Shown here piece by piece: positions 1 to 7,651 of a stretch of 55,489 nt of DNA. The translations under genes were made by a program, and so were the position numbers. The stretch lies in contig JBFKGZ010000003.1 of NCBI GenBank assembly GCA_041633075.1, positions 1-55,489 on the forward strand, written 5' to 3'. The stretch comes from Candidatus Deferrimicrobiaceae bacterium. Lineage in GTDB: Bacteria; Desulfobacterota; Deferrimicrobia; Deferrimicrobiales; Deferrimicrobiaceae. The notes beneath the pieces were generated by a model. It was not told the DNA's origin, did no database searches, and worked only from the letters and a program-made list of their open reading frames with translations. The number at the start of each line of letters is the position of its first letter. Within the stretch, counting starts at the first letter, position 1.

Positions 1-113
1 AGATGCCCACCCTGTATTTCGTGGATGGGCGGGGAAGGATCGCATTTGCCGGGACGGGCCGGGTGGCGGAAGAAACGCTCGAAAAGGCCATCCGGGCCGC
101 CCTGGCCAGATAA
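1..113 (+). CDS. 3' end of a TlpA/thioredoxin-like disulfide reductase (truncated by window edge)
   Basis: Hand translation from position 3: MPTLYFVDGRGRIAFAGTGRVAEETLEKAIRAALAR*. The cis-Pro 'PT.(Y/F).D..G.I' pattern is typical of the TlpA C-terminus. Stop TAA at 111-113. Confidence 0.55.
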   Translation, partial: MPTLYFVDGRGRIAFAGTGRVAEETLEKAIRAALAR

Positions 114-124
114 GGAAAACTAGC

Positions 125-709
125 GTGGCCGGTTCGCCCCGATTCCTTCTTTTCGACCCGACGGGCGACTCATGGCCGAAGGTCACCCTTCCGCAGGTAG
201 CGTTCGCGGGGCGGTCCAACGTCGGCAAATCGTCTCTTTTAAATGCCCTGGTGGGGCACTCGAGGCTTGCCCGCGTCGGAAAGACGCCCGGCAGGACGCG
301 CGGGATCGCGTTTTTCGAGATCGAAGAACGATTTGTCTTCGCCGATCTTCCGGGGTACGGGTTCGCGAAGGTTTCCAAGGCGGAGCGCGAAGGGTGGAAG
401 AAGCTCGTGGAGGGGTATTTTTCGGGCTGCCGGCTGCTGCGGAAGGTCTACGTCCTGGTGGATATCCGGAGGGGGCCGCAGGAGGACGAGGAGATGCTTG
501 CGGAATACCTCTCTTCACACGGAATCGCGTACCGTTTCGTGGGCATGAAGGCCGACAAGGTCAAGCCGAGGGAGATCCCGGTTCTTTCCTCGCACTTCAC
601 GGGGCCGCCCTGGCTTATGCGGGGAGGGCCTCCGGTGATCGTTTCGGCCCGGACCCGGGCGGGGATCGACCTCCTCTGGCGTGATATCCGGGCGGTTTTT
701 TCCCCTTGA
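125..709 (+). CDS. engB: Ribosome biogenesis GTP-binding protein YsxC/EngB
   Basis: G1 GRSNVGKSS, G2 TPGRT, G3 DLPGYGFAKVS, G4-like KADK, and SA motif. Confidence 0.93.
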   Translation: MAGSPRFLLFDPTGDSWPKVTLPQVAFAGRSNVGKSSLLNALVGHSRLARVGKTPGRTRGIAFFEIEERFVFADLPGYGFAKVSKAEREGWKKLVEGYFSGCRLLRKVYVLVDIRRGPQEDEEMLAEYLSSHGIAYRFVGMKADKVKPREIPVLSSHFTGPPWLMRGGPPVIVSARTRAGIDLLWRDIRAVFSP

Positions 710-823
710 TTTCAACGGGGGGAAACGGTAACATTTCCTGGTTCTAAACCGGCTCAAGTCCTGCCAGGGTCACAATTTCACGTTACAGTCCGGCGGCCTC
801 TCGGCGGGCACGGAGGATACCCG

Positions 824-1723
824 TTGTTCACAGTCACCGAAAACAAAGAGATCGCCAAGAACGTCTTCTTCCAGAAGATCCAGGCGCCCCGGATCGCGCG
901 CAAGAGGAAGGCGGGGCAGTTCCTCGTGATCCGCAAAGGGGAGATGAGCGAACGGATCCCCTTGACGATCGTGAATTCGGACCCCGCCGAAGGGACGGTG
1001 ACCATCATCTACCAGGTGGTCGGAAAATCGACCGCGGAGCTTGCCAAGGTGATGCCCGGGGAGACCCTCCAGGATGTCGTCGGTCCCCTGGGGCTGCCGA
1101 CGCACATCGAGAACTTCGGCACCGTCGTCGGCATCGGCGGCGGGATCGGCGCGGCCCCCCTGCTCCCCATCGCCACGGCCATCAAGAACGCCGGGAACCG
1201 GCTGATCTCGATCGTCGGGGCGAGGACGAAGGACCTGCTCATTCTCGAGGAGGAAATGAAGGCGATCAGCGACACCCTGATCGTCACCACCGACGACGGC
1301 TCGTACGCCAAGAAGGGGTTCGTCACCACGGCCCTGCAGGAGCTGATCGACGCCGGGGAGAAGATCGGCCTGTGTATCGCCATCGGGCCGGTCCCCATGA
1401 TGCGGGCGGTGGCCGATGTGACCCGGCGGCCCGAGATCAAGACGGTGGTGAGCCTGAACCCCATCATGGTGGACGCCACGGGGATGTGCGGTGCGTGCCG
1501 GGTGACCGTGGGGGGGACGACCCGGTTCGTCTGCGTCGACGGTCCGGAGTTCGACGGGCACGAGGTCGATTTCAAGGAACTGACCCTGCGAAACCGCGCC
1601 TACCTGAAGGAAGAAAAGACGGCGATGGAACGGTTTGAGCACAAGGACGGCAAGTGCGCGGGGACGAAGGCCCCGGCAGGCACTCCGGGCGCCGCGCCCG
1701 TGGCGACGGGAGGAGGAAGGTAA
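824..1723 (+). CDS. nfnA: NfnA/SudB-type ferredoxin-NADP reductase small subunit (FAD, NAD, [2Fe-2S])
   Basis: GQF..ERIPLTI, GGGIGAAP, DDGSY..GFVT, and D-x-T-G-M-C-G-A-C-R...CVDGPEFD cluster motif. TTG start with GGAGG RBS. Confidence 0.88.
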   Translation: MFTVTENKEIAKNVFFQKIQAPRIARKRKAGQFLVIRKGEMSERIPLTIVNSDPAEGTVTIIYQVVGKSTAELAKVMPGETLQDVVGPLGLPTHIENFGTVVGIGGGIGAAPLLPIATAIKNAGNRLISIVGARTKDLLILEEEMKAISDTLIVTTDDGSYAKKGFVTTALQELIDAGEKIGLCIAIGPVPMMRAVADVTRRPEIKTVVSLNPIMVDATGMCGACRVTVGGTTRFVCVDGPEFDGHEVDFKELTLRNRAYLKEEKTAMERFEHKDGKCAGTKAPAGTPGAAPVATGGGR

Positions 1724-3153
1724 TGGCCGACGCGAAGCCCACCCCCCGCCCCAAGCCGTTTTCCATCCCCCGGCAGCCGATGCCGGAGCAGCCCCCGGAA
1801 GTAAGGAAGGGCAACTTCCGGGAAGTCCCCTTCGGCCTCACCCCCGACCTGGCCATCATGGAGGCGACCCGCTGCATCCAGTGCAAGAACCCGGCGTGCG
1901 TCAAGGGGTGCCCGGTCAACATCAAGATCCCCGAGTTCATCGATCTCGTCCGGCAGGGGAAGTTCATCGAGGCCGCCCGGAAGATCAAGGAGGACAACAC
2001 GCTTCCCGCGGTGTGCGGCCGCGTCTGCCCCCAGGAGGAGCAGTGCGAGATGCCGTGCGTCTTGAGCAAGAAGGGCGAGCCGGTCGCCATCGGCCGTCTG
2101 GAGCGGTTCGTCGCGGACTTCGAGCGGGTCACCGGCAACGTGGTGATCCCCGAGGTCGCCCCTCCCACGGGAAAGCGCATCGCGGTCGTCGGGGCCGGCC
2201 CGGCGGGCCTGACGGTTGCGGGGGACCTCGTCCAGAAGGGGCATGACGTCACCATCTTCGAGGCCCTGCACAAGCCGGGCGGCGTGCTCATGTACGGGAT
2301 CCCGGAATTCCGGCTCCCGAAGGACATCGTGCAGGCGGAAGTGGATTACATCTGCAGCCTCGGCGCCAAGCTCGAGTGCGACGTCGTCATCGGGAAGACG
2401 ATCACGATCGACGAACTTCTGGAGGAGGAGGGGTTCCACGCCTGCTTCATCGGGACCGGTGCGGGGCTTCCGTACTTCATGAACATCCCGGGAGAGAACC
2501 TGAACGGGATCTATTCGGCCAACGAGTACCTCACCCGCTCCAACCTGATGAAGGCCTACCTGTTCCCCGAAGCCGACACGCCGGTGTCGAAGGGAAAGCA
2601 CGTAGCAGTGGTCGGCGGCGGGAACGTGGCGATGGACGCCGCCCGCACGGCCCTGCGGATGGGGGCGGAAAAGGTCTACGTCGTCTACCGGCGATCGAAG
2701 AAGGAGATGCCCGCCCGCATCGAGGAGATCCACCATGCCGAGGAGGAGGGGATCGAGTTTCACCTCCTCACCAACCCCCTACGGTTTCTCGGGAACGAGG
2801 AGGCGTGGGTCACCGAGGCCGAGTGCCAGAGAATGGAGCTGGGCGAGCCGGACGCATCGGGACGCCGTCGCCCCGTGGCCGTCAAGGGATCGGAGTTCCG
2901 CCTGGCGGTGGATATGGTTGTCATGTCGATCGGCAACGGGGCCAACCCCCTGGTCCCCGCCACCACCCCGGGTCTCGATACGAACAAGTGGGGGAACATC
3001 CTGGCCGACCAGGAGACCGGCAAGACGAGCAAGAAGGGGGTGTTCGCCGGCGGCGACATCGTCATCGGGGCCGCCACCGTCATCCTTGCCATGGGCGCGG
3101 GCCGAAAGGCGGCGGACGCGATACACGAGTATATCAAGACCGGCGTTTGGTAG
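1723..3153 (+). CDS. nfnB: NfnB/SudA-type large subunit (GltD-like NADPH-dependent flavo-Fe-S oxidoreductase)
   Basis: RCIQC..CVKGCP, CGRVCPQE.QCE, GAGPAG, YGIPEFRLPK, GGGNVAMD, GVFAGGDIVIGAATVILAM. The ATG at 1723 overlaps the nfnA stop (TAATG). Confidence 0.88.
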   Translation: MADAKPTPRPKPFSIPRQPMPEQPPEVRKGNFREVPFGLTPDLAIMEATRCIQCKNPACVKGCPVNIKIPEFIDLVRQGKFIEAARKIKEDNTLPAVCGRVCPQEEQCEMPCVLSKKGEPVAIGRLERFVADFERVTGNVVIPEVAPPTGKRIAVVGAGPAGLTVAGDLVQKGHDVTIFEALHKPGGVLMYGIPEFRLPKDIVQAEVDYICSLGAKLECDVVIGKTITIDELLEEEGFHACFIGTGAGLPYFMNIPGENLNGIYSANEYLTRSNLMKAYLFPEADTPVSKGKHVAVVGGGNVAMDAARTALRMGAEKVYVVYRRSKKEMPARIEEIHHAEEEGIEFHLLTNPLRFLGNEEAWVTEAECQRMELGEPDASGRRRPVAVKGSEFRLAVDMVVMSIGNGANPLVPATTPGLDTNKWGNILADQETGKTSKKGVFAGGDIVIGAATVILAMGAGRKAADAIHEYIKTGVW

Positions 3154-3232
3154 CCGGCCTCCAGGGGACCATTTCCTCGGAGACCGGCGACCCTGCCGAT
3201 TCCGGCGGGATCACGATAGAGGGTGCTTAGGG

Positions 3233-3260
3233 AAAGGGCACGGGAAACCGTGCCCTTTTT
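3233..3260 (+). terminator. Rho-independent terminator after nfnAB
   Basis: AAAGGGCACGG-GAAA-CCGTGCCCTTT perfect stem with a GNRA loop, followed by a T run. Confidence 0.85.
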
Positions 3261-3263
3261 CAT

Positions 3264-3455
3264 TGAAAGGGGTTTGCCCCGGGTCCCCGTTTATCTGCGG
3301 AGCGGACGCAGGACGGGGGTTCCGGGCGGAGCTTTTCGGGGAGAAAGGGCGAGCGCAGACTTGCCGCTGTATCGCAAGTCGAGCAACGAAGCGAGGGGCC
3401 CCCTCCGAGGGAGCGCAAACCGGGCCAAGCAATGCGCCGGCAGGGCATCTTCGCC
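3264..3455 (+). other. Structured intergenic element (multi-hairpin; candidate ncRNA or REP/MITE-like repeat)
   Basis: Long imperfect hairpin at 3264-3338, GACTTGC-N9-GCAAGTC at 3358-3380, and near-palindrome GAGGGGCCCCCTC at 3393-3405, all lying between convergent genes. Confidence 0.4.
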
Positions 3456-3489
3456 TGTTGGGTTGGGAGAACGGAAGGAAGGTGTGCTT

Positions 3490-4464
3490 TTACCGCAGCA
3501 TCTCGAGGAACGCCTGGATCCGGATCTTCGTCCGCCCGTCGATGGGGCCCGGCTCGTCGCCTTCCAGCGTAAGGACCGGGAGGCCGATCTCCTCCCGGAG
3601 CAGGATGTCCTCGATCTGGCGGAAGCAGAACGACTGGACGTAGTGGACGACCCCGCGCACGCCCCGCCGCGCCGTTTCCTGGCGGATGTCGGCCAGCCGC
3701 TCGAAGAAGGAGTAGGGGTAGGTGTATTCCCGGTACTGCTCGGTAAGCGTCCGCGTGGCATTGGGCATCGCGAACTGCCGCTGCACCTCGTTCAGCACCG
3801 CACGCCCCCCTGCCTCCTCGAAGAAGGCGTGCAGGCCGGTGGTGATGGGAGGGACGCCGACGAAGGCGATCGGGACCAGGTCGCGACGGGGCGGCCGCTT
3901 CCGCGCACCGGCAAGGAACGCGACGGCCTTGCGCTCGTACTCCTGCGGGTCCCCTTCGAAATCCGAGCAGTTGACCAGCCAGAAGTGGTTCTCTTCTCCG
4001 GTGACCTTCCCCTCCTCCCAGGTCAGGCGATCGATCTCGTGGGCCGCCCGGCGGACGGCGTCCAGTTTTCGTTTCCACCCTCCCGCCCGCGCGACCGTCG
4101 TTCCGAACCGACGGGCCAGTTTGCGGATCTCGAGGGAGACCGTCCGATGGTCCCGGTCATACGGGAAGGAGAAGGGGGTGATATTCACCCCCCGGTACTG
4201 GAGGACCTCCATCAGTGCCTGGGTAAAGCTGCAATCGCCCTGGGCCACGCCGATCACGTCCGTCACGCCGTGCCGTCGCACCACGCCGTAGATTCCCTTG
4301 ACCCATCCGCAGCTGTTCCGGGGGAAGCCTTCGGATTCGGCGAGTCGCACATACTCGCCGGGCCTCGGGGAAACGATGAAGAGGTTGTTGAGGTCTACGG
4401 GAGTATGCCCACCGGCAAACAGGACCTCGACGGGGATCGTCGTGGTGAAGCCTATGCGCGCGAT
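3490..4464 (-). CDS. 2-hydroxyacyl-CoA dehydratase family Fe-S protein (HgdA/B-like), probable ATC start
   Basis: Cys motifs GFPRNSCGWVKG, GDCS and QSFCFR, plus L.LEGD and RIQAFLEML. The frame extends upstream of the ORF-track GTG (4350) through IARIGFTTTIPVEVLFAGGHTPVDLNN. A GAGGAG RBS lies 6 nt before the ATC at 4464. Confidence 0.8.
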   Translation of the reverse strand: MARIGFTTTIPVEVLFAGGHTPVDLNNLFIVSPRPGEYVRLAESEGFPRNSCGWVKGIYGVVRRHGVTDVIGVAQGDCSFTQALMEVLQYRGVNITPFSFPYDRDHRTVSLEIRKLARRFGTTVARAGGWKRKLDAVRRAAHEIDRLTWEEGKVTGEENHFWLVNCSDFEGDPQEYERKAVAFLAGARKRPPRRDLVPIAFVGVPPITTGLHAFFEEAGGRAVLNEVQRQFAMPNATRTLTEQYREYTYPYSFFERLADIRQETARRGVRGVVHYVQSFCFRQIEDILLREEIGLPVLTLEGDEPGPIDGRTKIRIQAFLEMLR

Positions 4465-4465
4465 G

Positions 4466-4750
4466 TCAGTCTCCTCGGATGAAGAGGAAATAGATGACGA
4501 CGACGATGACCAGGAAGGAGCCGATGGCGAACACCAGCAGGTTGGTGTTCATGTCGGTCTTTCCCTCGGAGAGTTGCGAATAGTGCCCGACGGCCACCAG
4601 GGCCGCTACCGCGAAGATGCTGAGTGCCACGATTCTCCACTTCATGACCAGGGAGAGCAGAAAGAGCACCCCTGCGGCGAAAATGACCCGGGGATCGGTC
4701 AAAAATTCGATGACTTGCACGTTTATCAGGAAGTCGATGAATCCCCGCAT
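4466..4750 (-). CDS. Small 3-TM hypothetical membrane protein
   Basis: 94 aa with three hydrophobic segments and an RBS-like AAGGGG upstream. Its stop is 1 nt from the dehydratase start. Confidence 0.75.
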   Translation of the reverse strand: MRGFIDFLINVQVIEFLTDPRVIFAAGVLFLLSLVMKWRIVALSIFAVAALVAVGHYSQLSEGKTDMNTNLLVFAIGSFLVIVVVIYFLFIRGD

Positions 4751-4777
4751 GGCGCACCCCCTTACCCAGGCGTTCGG

Positions 4778-4806
4778 TTGACAAGGATACGATAGCGTCT
4801 TAAGGT
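4778..4806 (+). promoter_or_regulatory. Sigma70-type promoter of murI
   Basis: TTGACA-N17-TAAGGT. Confidence 0.6.
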
Positions 4807-4833
4807 AGGAAAATCAAAGGATTAGGAGAGAAC

Positions 4834-5628
4834 GTGGACCGGCCCGTCGGGGTGTTCGATTCGGGGGTGGGCGGACTGACCGTGCTCCGGGAGTTGGCGC
4901 GCTCGCTTCCCGGGGAGCGTTTCCTGTACGTCGGCGACACGGCCCGGGTTCCCTACGGGACGAAGTCCCGGGAGACCGTCACGCGGTATTCCATCGAGAT
5001 CGCCAACTACCTCATCACGCAGCATGACATCAAGATGCTTGTGGCGGCGTGCAACACGGCCTCGTCGATGGCCCTTCCCGTGCTGCGGAAGATCTACAAG
5101 ATCCCCGTCGTGGGGATGGTGGACCCGTGCGTGCGCCGCGTCGTCTCCCTTCCGAAACGGGACAGTATCGGGGTGATCGGAACCGCCGGCACGATCCGGT
5201 CGGGGGCATACGAAAAGGCGCTGCGCTCCGCGGTCCCCGCCGCCCGTGTCGTGAGCAGGCCGTGCCCCCTCCTCGTCGCTCTTGCCGAGGAAGGATGGGT
5301 CGACACGCCCGTGACGCGCGCCGTGATCGCCGAATACCTCGCGCCGTATCGCTCGGAACCGCCGGACGCCCTGATCCTCGGGTGCACGCACTACCCCGTG
5401 CTCAAGACCCTGATCCGGGAATTCCTGGGGGAGCCTGCGGTGCTGATCGACTCCGGGGAGGAAGCGGCGCGTGTCGTGGACATCCTCCTTGCGGACACGG
5501 GGGGGAAGCGGGAAGGCGGCAGTCCCGGTGTGTCCTTCCTGGTCACCGACGATCCGGAGCACTTCCGGAGCGTGGGCGAGTCGTTCTACGGGGCGGAGAT
5601 GGACGCCGTGGAAAAGGTTATGCTCTGA
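4834..5628 (+). CDS. murI: Glutamate racemase
   Basis: GVFDSGVGGLTV, GDTARVPYG, ACNTAS, LGCTHYP. Confidence 0.96.
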   Translation: MDRPVGVFDSGVGGLTVLRELARSLPGERFLYVGDTARVPYGTKSRETVTRYSIEIANYLITQHDIKMLVAACNTASSMALPVLRKIYKIPVVGMVDPCVRRVVSLPKRDSIGVIGTAGTIRSGAYEKALRSAVPAARVVSRPCPLLVALAEEGWVDTPVTRAVIAEYLAPYRSEPPDALILGCTHYPVLKTLIREFLGEPAVLIDSGEEAARVVDILLADTGGKREGGSPGVSFLVTDDPEHFRSVGESFYGAEMDAVEKVML

Positions 5629-5734
5629 CCGGCGGCAACTTCCCCCTTGCATCCGGCGATGTGCGCGGGGAGGATGAAGGGAACGGCCCGCTCAGTCGAG
5701 GAACCAATCGAGAATTTAAGGAGAATGAAACGGG

Positions 5735-6034
5735 ATGAGTTCATCGCAGTTCCGGATGCTTTCGGGGTTCAACCATAACATCAAGTACAAGGGAAAGACG
5801 TACCATATCCAGACGGAGGATGGCGGGCGGGAAAACCCGACGATCATCACCCACATCTTCCTCGGCGGAGTGATCCTGTCCGCTGTCCGCACGCCATACG
5901 ACGACCTGCTCTCCCAGTCGGGCTGGGAAGTCTCCCTCCGCGAGCGGATGAAGGTGCAGCACCTCGACGAGATCCGCAAGCTCTTCTCCGGAGCCTTCGA
6001 ATCCCGGGTGCAGATCGCGACGGAAAATGATTGA
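5735..6034 (+). CDS. Small conserved protein resembling the RomY N-terminal domain
   Basis: GFNHNIKYKGKTYHIQTEDGG..NP.IITH.F.GG.IL...R..Y...M..QH pattern. It sits directly upstream of ftsE-ftsX-envC-ctpA, as recalled for romY in myxobacteria. Confidence 0.65.
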   Translation: MSSSQFRMLSGFNHNIKYKGKTYHIQTEDGGRENPTIITHIFLGGVILSAVRTPYDDLLSQSGWEVSLRERMKVQHLDEIRKLFSGAFESRVQIATEND

Positions 6035-6767
6035 GGCGTTTTCCGTCGGCGCCGTCTCGCGGGGGCGGACCCTCTGGGAAGGGCTTACTCTTGCCGCGGG
6101 AAAAAGCGAGATGTGGATCGTGGCCGGCCCCCCCTCCTGCGGGAAAACCCTCCTCATGCGAATTCTCCGGGGGGAAAGGCGTCCCGATTTCGGGGATGTC
6201 GTCGTCGGGGGTGAGTCGCTGTACCGGGGCAGCCCGGAACACAACCGCCGGTTCCGCGCAGACTCCGGCGTGGTCCCGGAATCGTTTCCCCGGGAGGCCG
6301 GGAAGACGGTGGTTGACCTTTTCCGCCGGTCGGCTCTTGTCGCGGAAGGGGTGCCGGCCGCGGAACAGGAGGGGCGAATGGCGGAACTGCTCCCGCTGGT
6401 GGGGCTTTCCGGGGCGGAAGGGCAGGAGGTGTCCTCCCTGTCGGTATCGGAGCGGACCCGGGTCGAGCTCGCAGTGGAACTTTTCCGCAACCCCCGGTAT
6501 CTGTTCCTCGACATGTTCCTCGCGAACGTGGGGAGCGAGTGGGCGGACAAGCTGGGCGGGCTGTTGCGCGCACTGGCCAGGGAAGAAAGGACGATCCTCA
6601 TGATGGAGCGGCAGTTGCCCGAAAAATGGCAGGCGGCAATAGTCCCTACTCCCCGCTGCGCGGGGCCGTTCCTCCTTTACCGGATGGGAGGTCCGCGCCC
6701 GGTCCGCATGGCGGCGGAACCGCCGCCGGTCGAGACCCTTCCGGAGAAGACGGGGGGGTGGGGATGA
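6027..6767 (+). CDS. ftsE: FtsE-like ABC ATP-binding protein with degenerate catalytic motifs
   Basis: Walker A GPPSCGKT, signature LSVSE, Walker B LFLDM. Located immediately before ftsX and envC. Confidence 0.65.
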   Translation: MIEAFSVGAVSRGRTLWEGLTLAAGKSEMWIVAGPPSCGKTLLMRILRGERRPDFGDVVVGGESLYRGSPEHNRRFRADSGVVPESFPREAGKTVVDLFRRSALVAEGVPAAEQEGRMAELLPLVGLSGAEGQEVSSLSVSERTRVELAVELFRNPRYLFLDMFLANVGSEWADKLGGLLRALAREERTILMMERQLPEKWQAAIVPTPRCAGPFLLYRMGGPRPVRMAAEPPPVETLPEKTGGWG

Positions 6768-7651
6768 GCGGCACTTCCCTTTGGTGGATCGATTGGAGTC
6801 TCCACGGCGCATCGATGCGGAAAGAGGCCGCCGGACGGTTCCTGCTCTGTTTCCTCGCCGCCCTGTATTTCCTGGCGATGCTTCTGTCCGGGGGCGTCGA
6901 CCGGTTCCTCTCCGGCCAGTACACGATCACGGCCATTCTGCGCATCGGCGTCCCCGCAGAGGAGGGAGCGGGCATTGCGGCGAAAGTCGCGGTGATGGCG
7001 CCGGTCCGGGAGGCGCAATACCGGACCCCGGACGAGGCGTGGGCGGAGTTCCTGGTGGCCTACCCCGGGCTCGAGACGCTTCGCAGCGAGGGAAAGAACC
7101 CCCTTCCCGGGTACGTGGAGGTAAGGCTTCGGCGCGAACGGATGTCCGAAGAGGGGATCGCGGAGGTTCGATCGGCGCTTTCGCCTCTGTCCCAGGTGGA
7201 GAAGATCCTCTCGGGCGGAGATCTCATGCCGGGGCTGCTGCGGATGAAGCAGTGGGCCAACGCCCTGCTCTGGTCCGGTTTCGCCCTGGTGTGCGTCCTC
7301 TTCCTGGCGATCCTGGCGATGCAGGAGAGGTCCCGCACGGCAAGGCTTTTTCCCGACGTTTCCTTCCTCGCCGAAAGGGGGATTCCGGGCAGCCGGATCG
7401 CCGTGAGGCGCGCCGCCGGTGCCTTCCTTGCCGGCGGGGTCGTTGCGGTCCTGGCCACCGGCGCCTCCTTCTTCGCCCTTATTCTTGCATCCGCCCGGTT
7501 CTCCTCCATCCGCAGCGTGGTGGGACCCGCGGAGGAATTGCTCGATATGAGGTTTCTTCCCGTTGTGTGCGTCTTCCTCCTGGCCGCCTCGATCTTCCCC
7601 GGGCTGGCGTCCCTGGCCGGGTGGCGCGCAGCCTATCCGAAGGGGAGATGA
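6764..7651 (+). CDS. ftsX: FtsX-like cell division permease
   Basis: TM helix, periplasmic domain with 'EA..EF...NPLP.Y.EV.L', then 3 more TM helices. ATGA overlap with ftsE. Confidence 0.75.
   Translation: MSGTSLWWIDWSLHGASMRKEAAGRFLLCFLAALYFLAMLLSGGVDRFLSGQYTITAILRIGVPAEEGAGIAAKVAVMAPVREAQYRTPDEAWAEFLVAYPGLETLRSEGKNPLPGYVEVRLRRERMSEEGIAEVRSALSPLSQVEKILSGGDLMPGLLRMKQWANALLWSGFALVCVLFLAILAMQERSRTARLFPDVSFLAERGIPGSRIAVRRAAGAFLAGGVVAVLATGASFFALILASARFSSIRSVVGPAEELLDMRFLPVVCVFLLAASIFPGLASLAGWRAAYPKGR

Noticed and set aside
766-790. GTCACAATTTCACG upstream of nfnA as a Rex operator
   Set aside because: Only half-site similarity; it does not form the TTGTGAA-N4-TTCACAA palindrome.
3223-4482. 419-aa plus-strand ORF spanning the structured element
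   Set aside because: It is an antisense shadow of the dehydratase gene, runs through a terminator, and has no recognisable motifs.
5639-5675. Possible hairpin between murI and the romY-like gene
   Set aside because: Short, imperfect and without a U tract; not distinguishable from chance in GC-rich DNA.
6781-7647. N-terminal extensions given by the ORF track for envC (also nfnB, ftsX, xseA, M23, pilD, aroQ, efp, accC)
   Set aside because: They overlap real upstream genes in another frame. Downstream starts with an RBS or stop-start overlap fit better, so these are not fusions.
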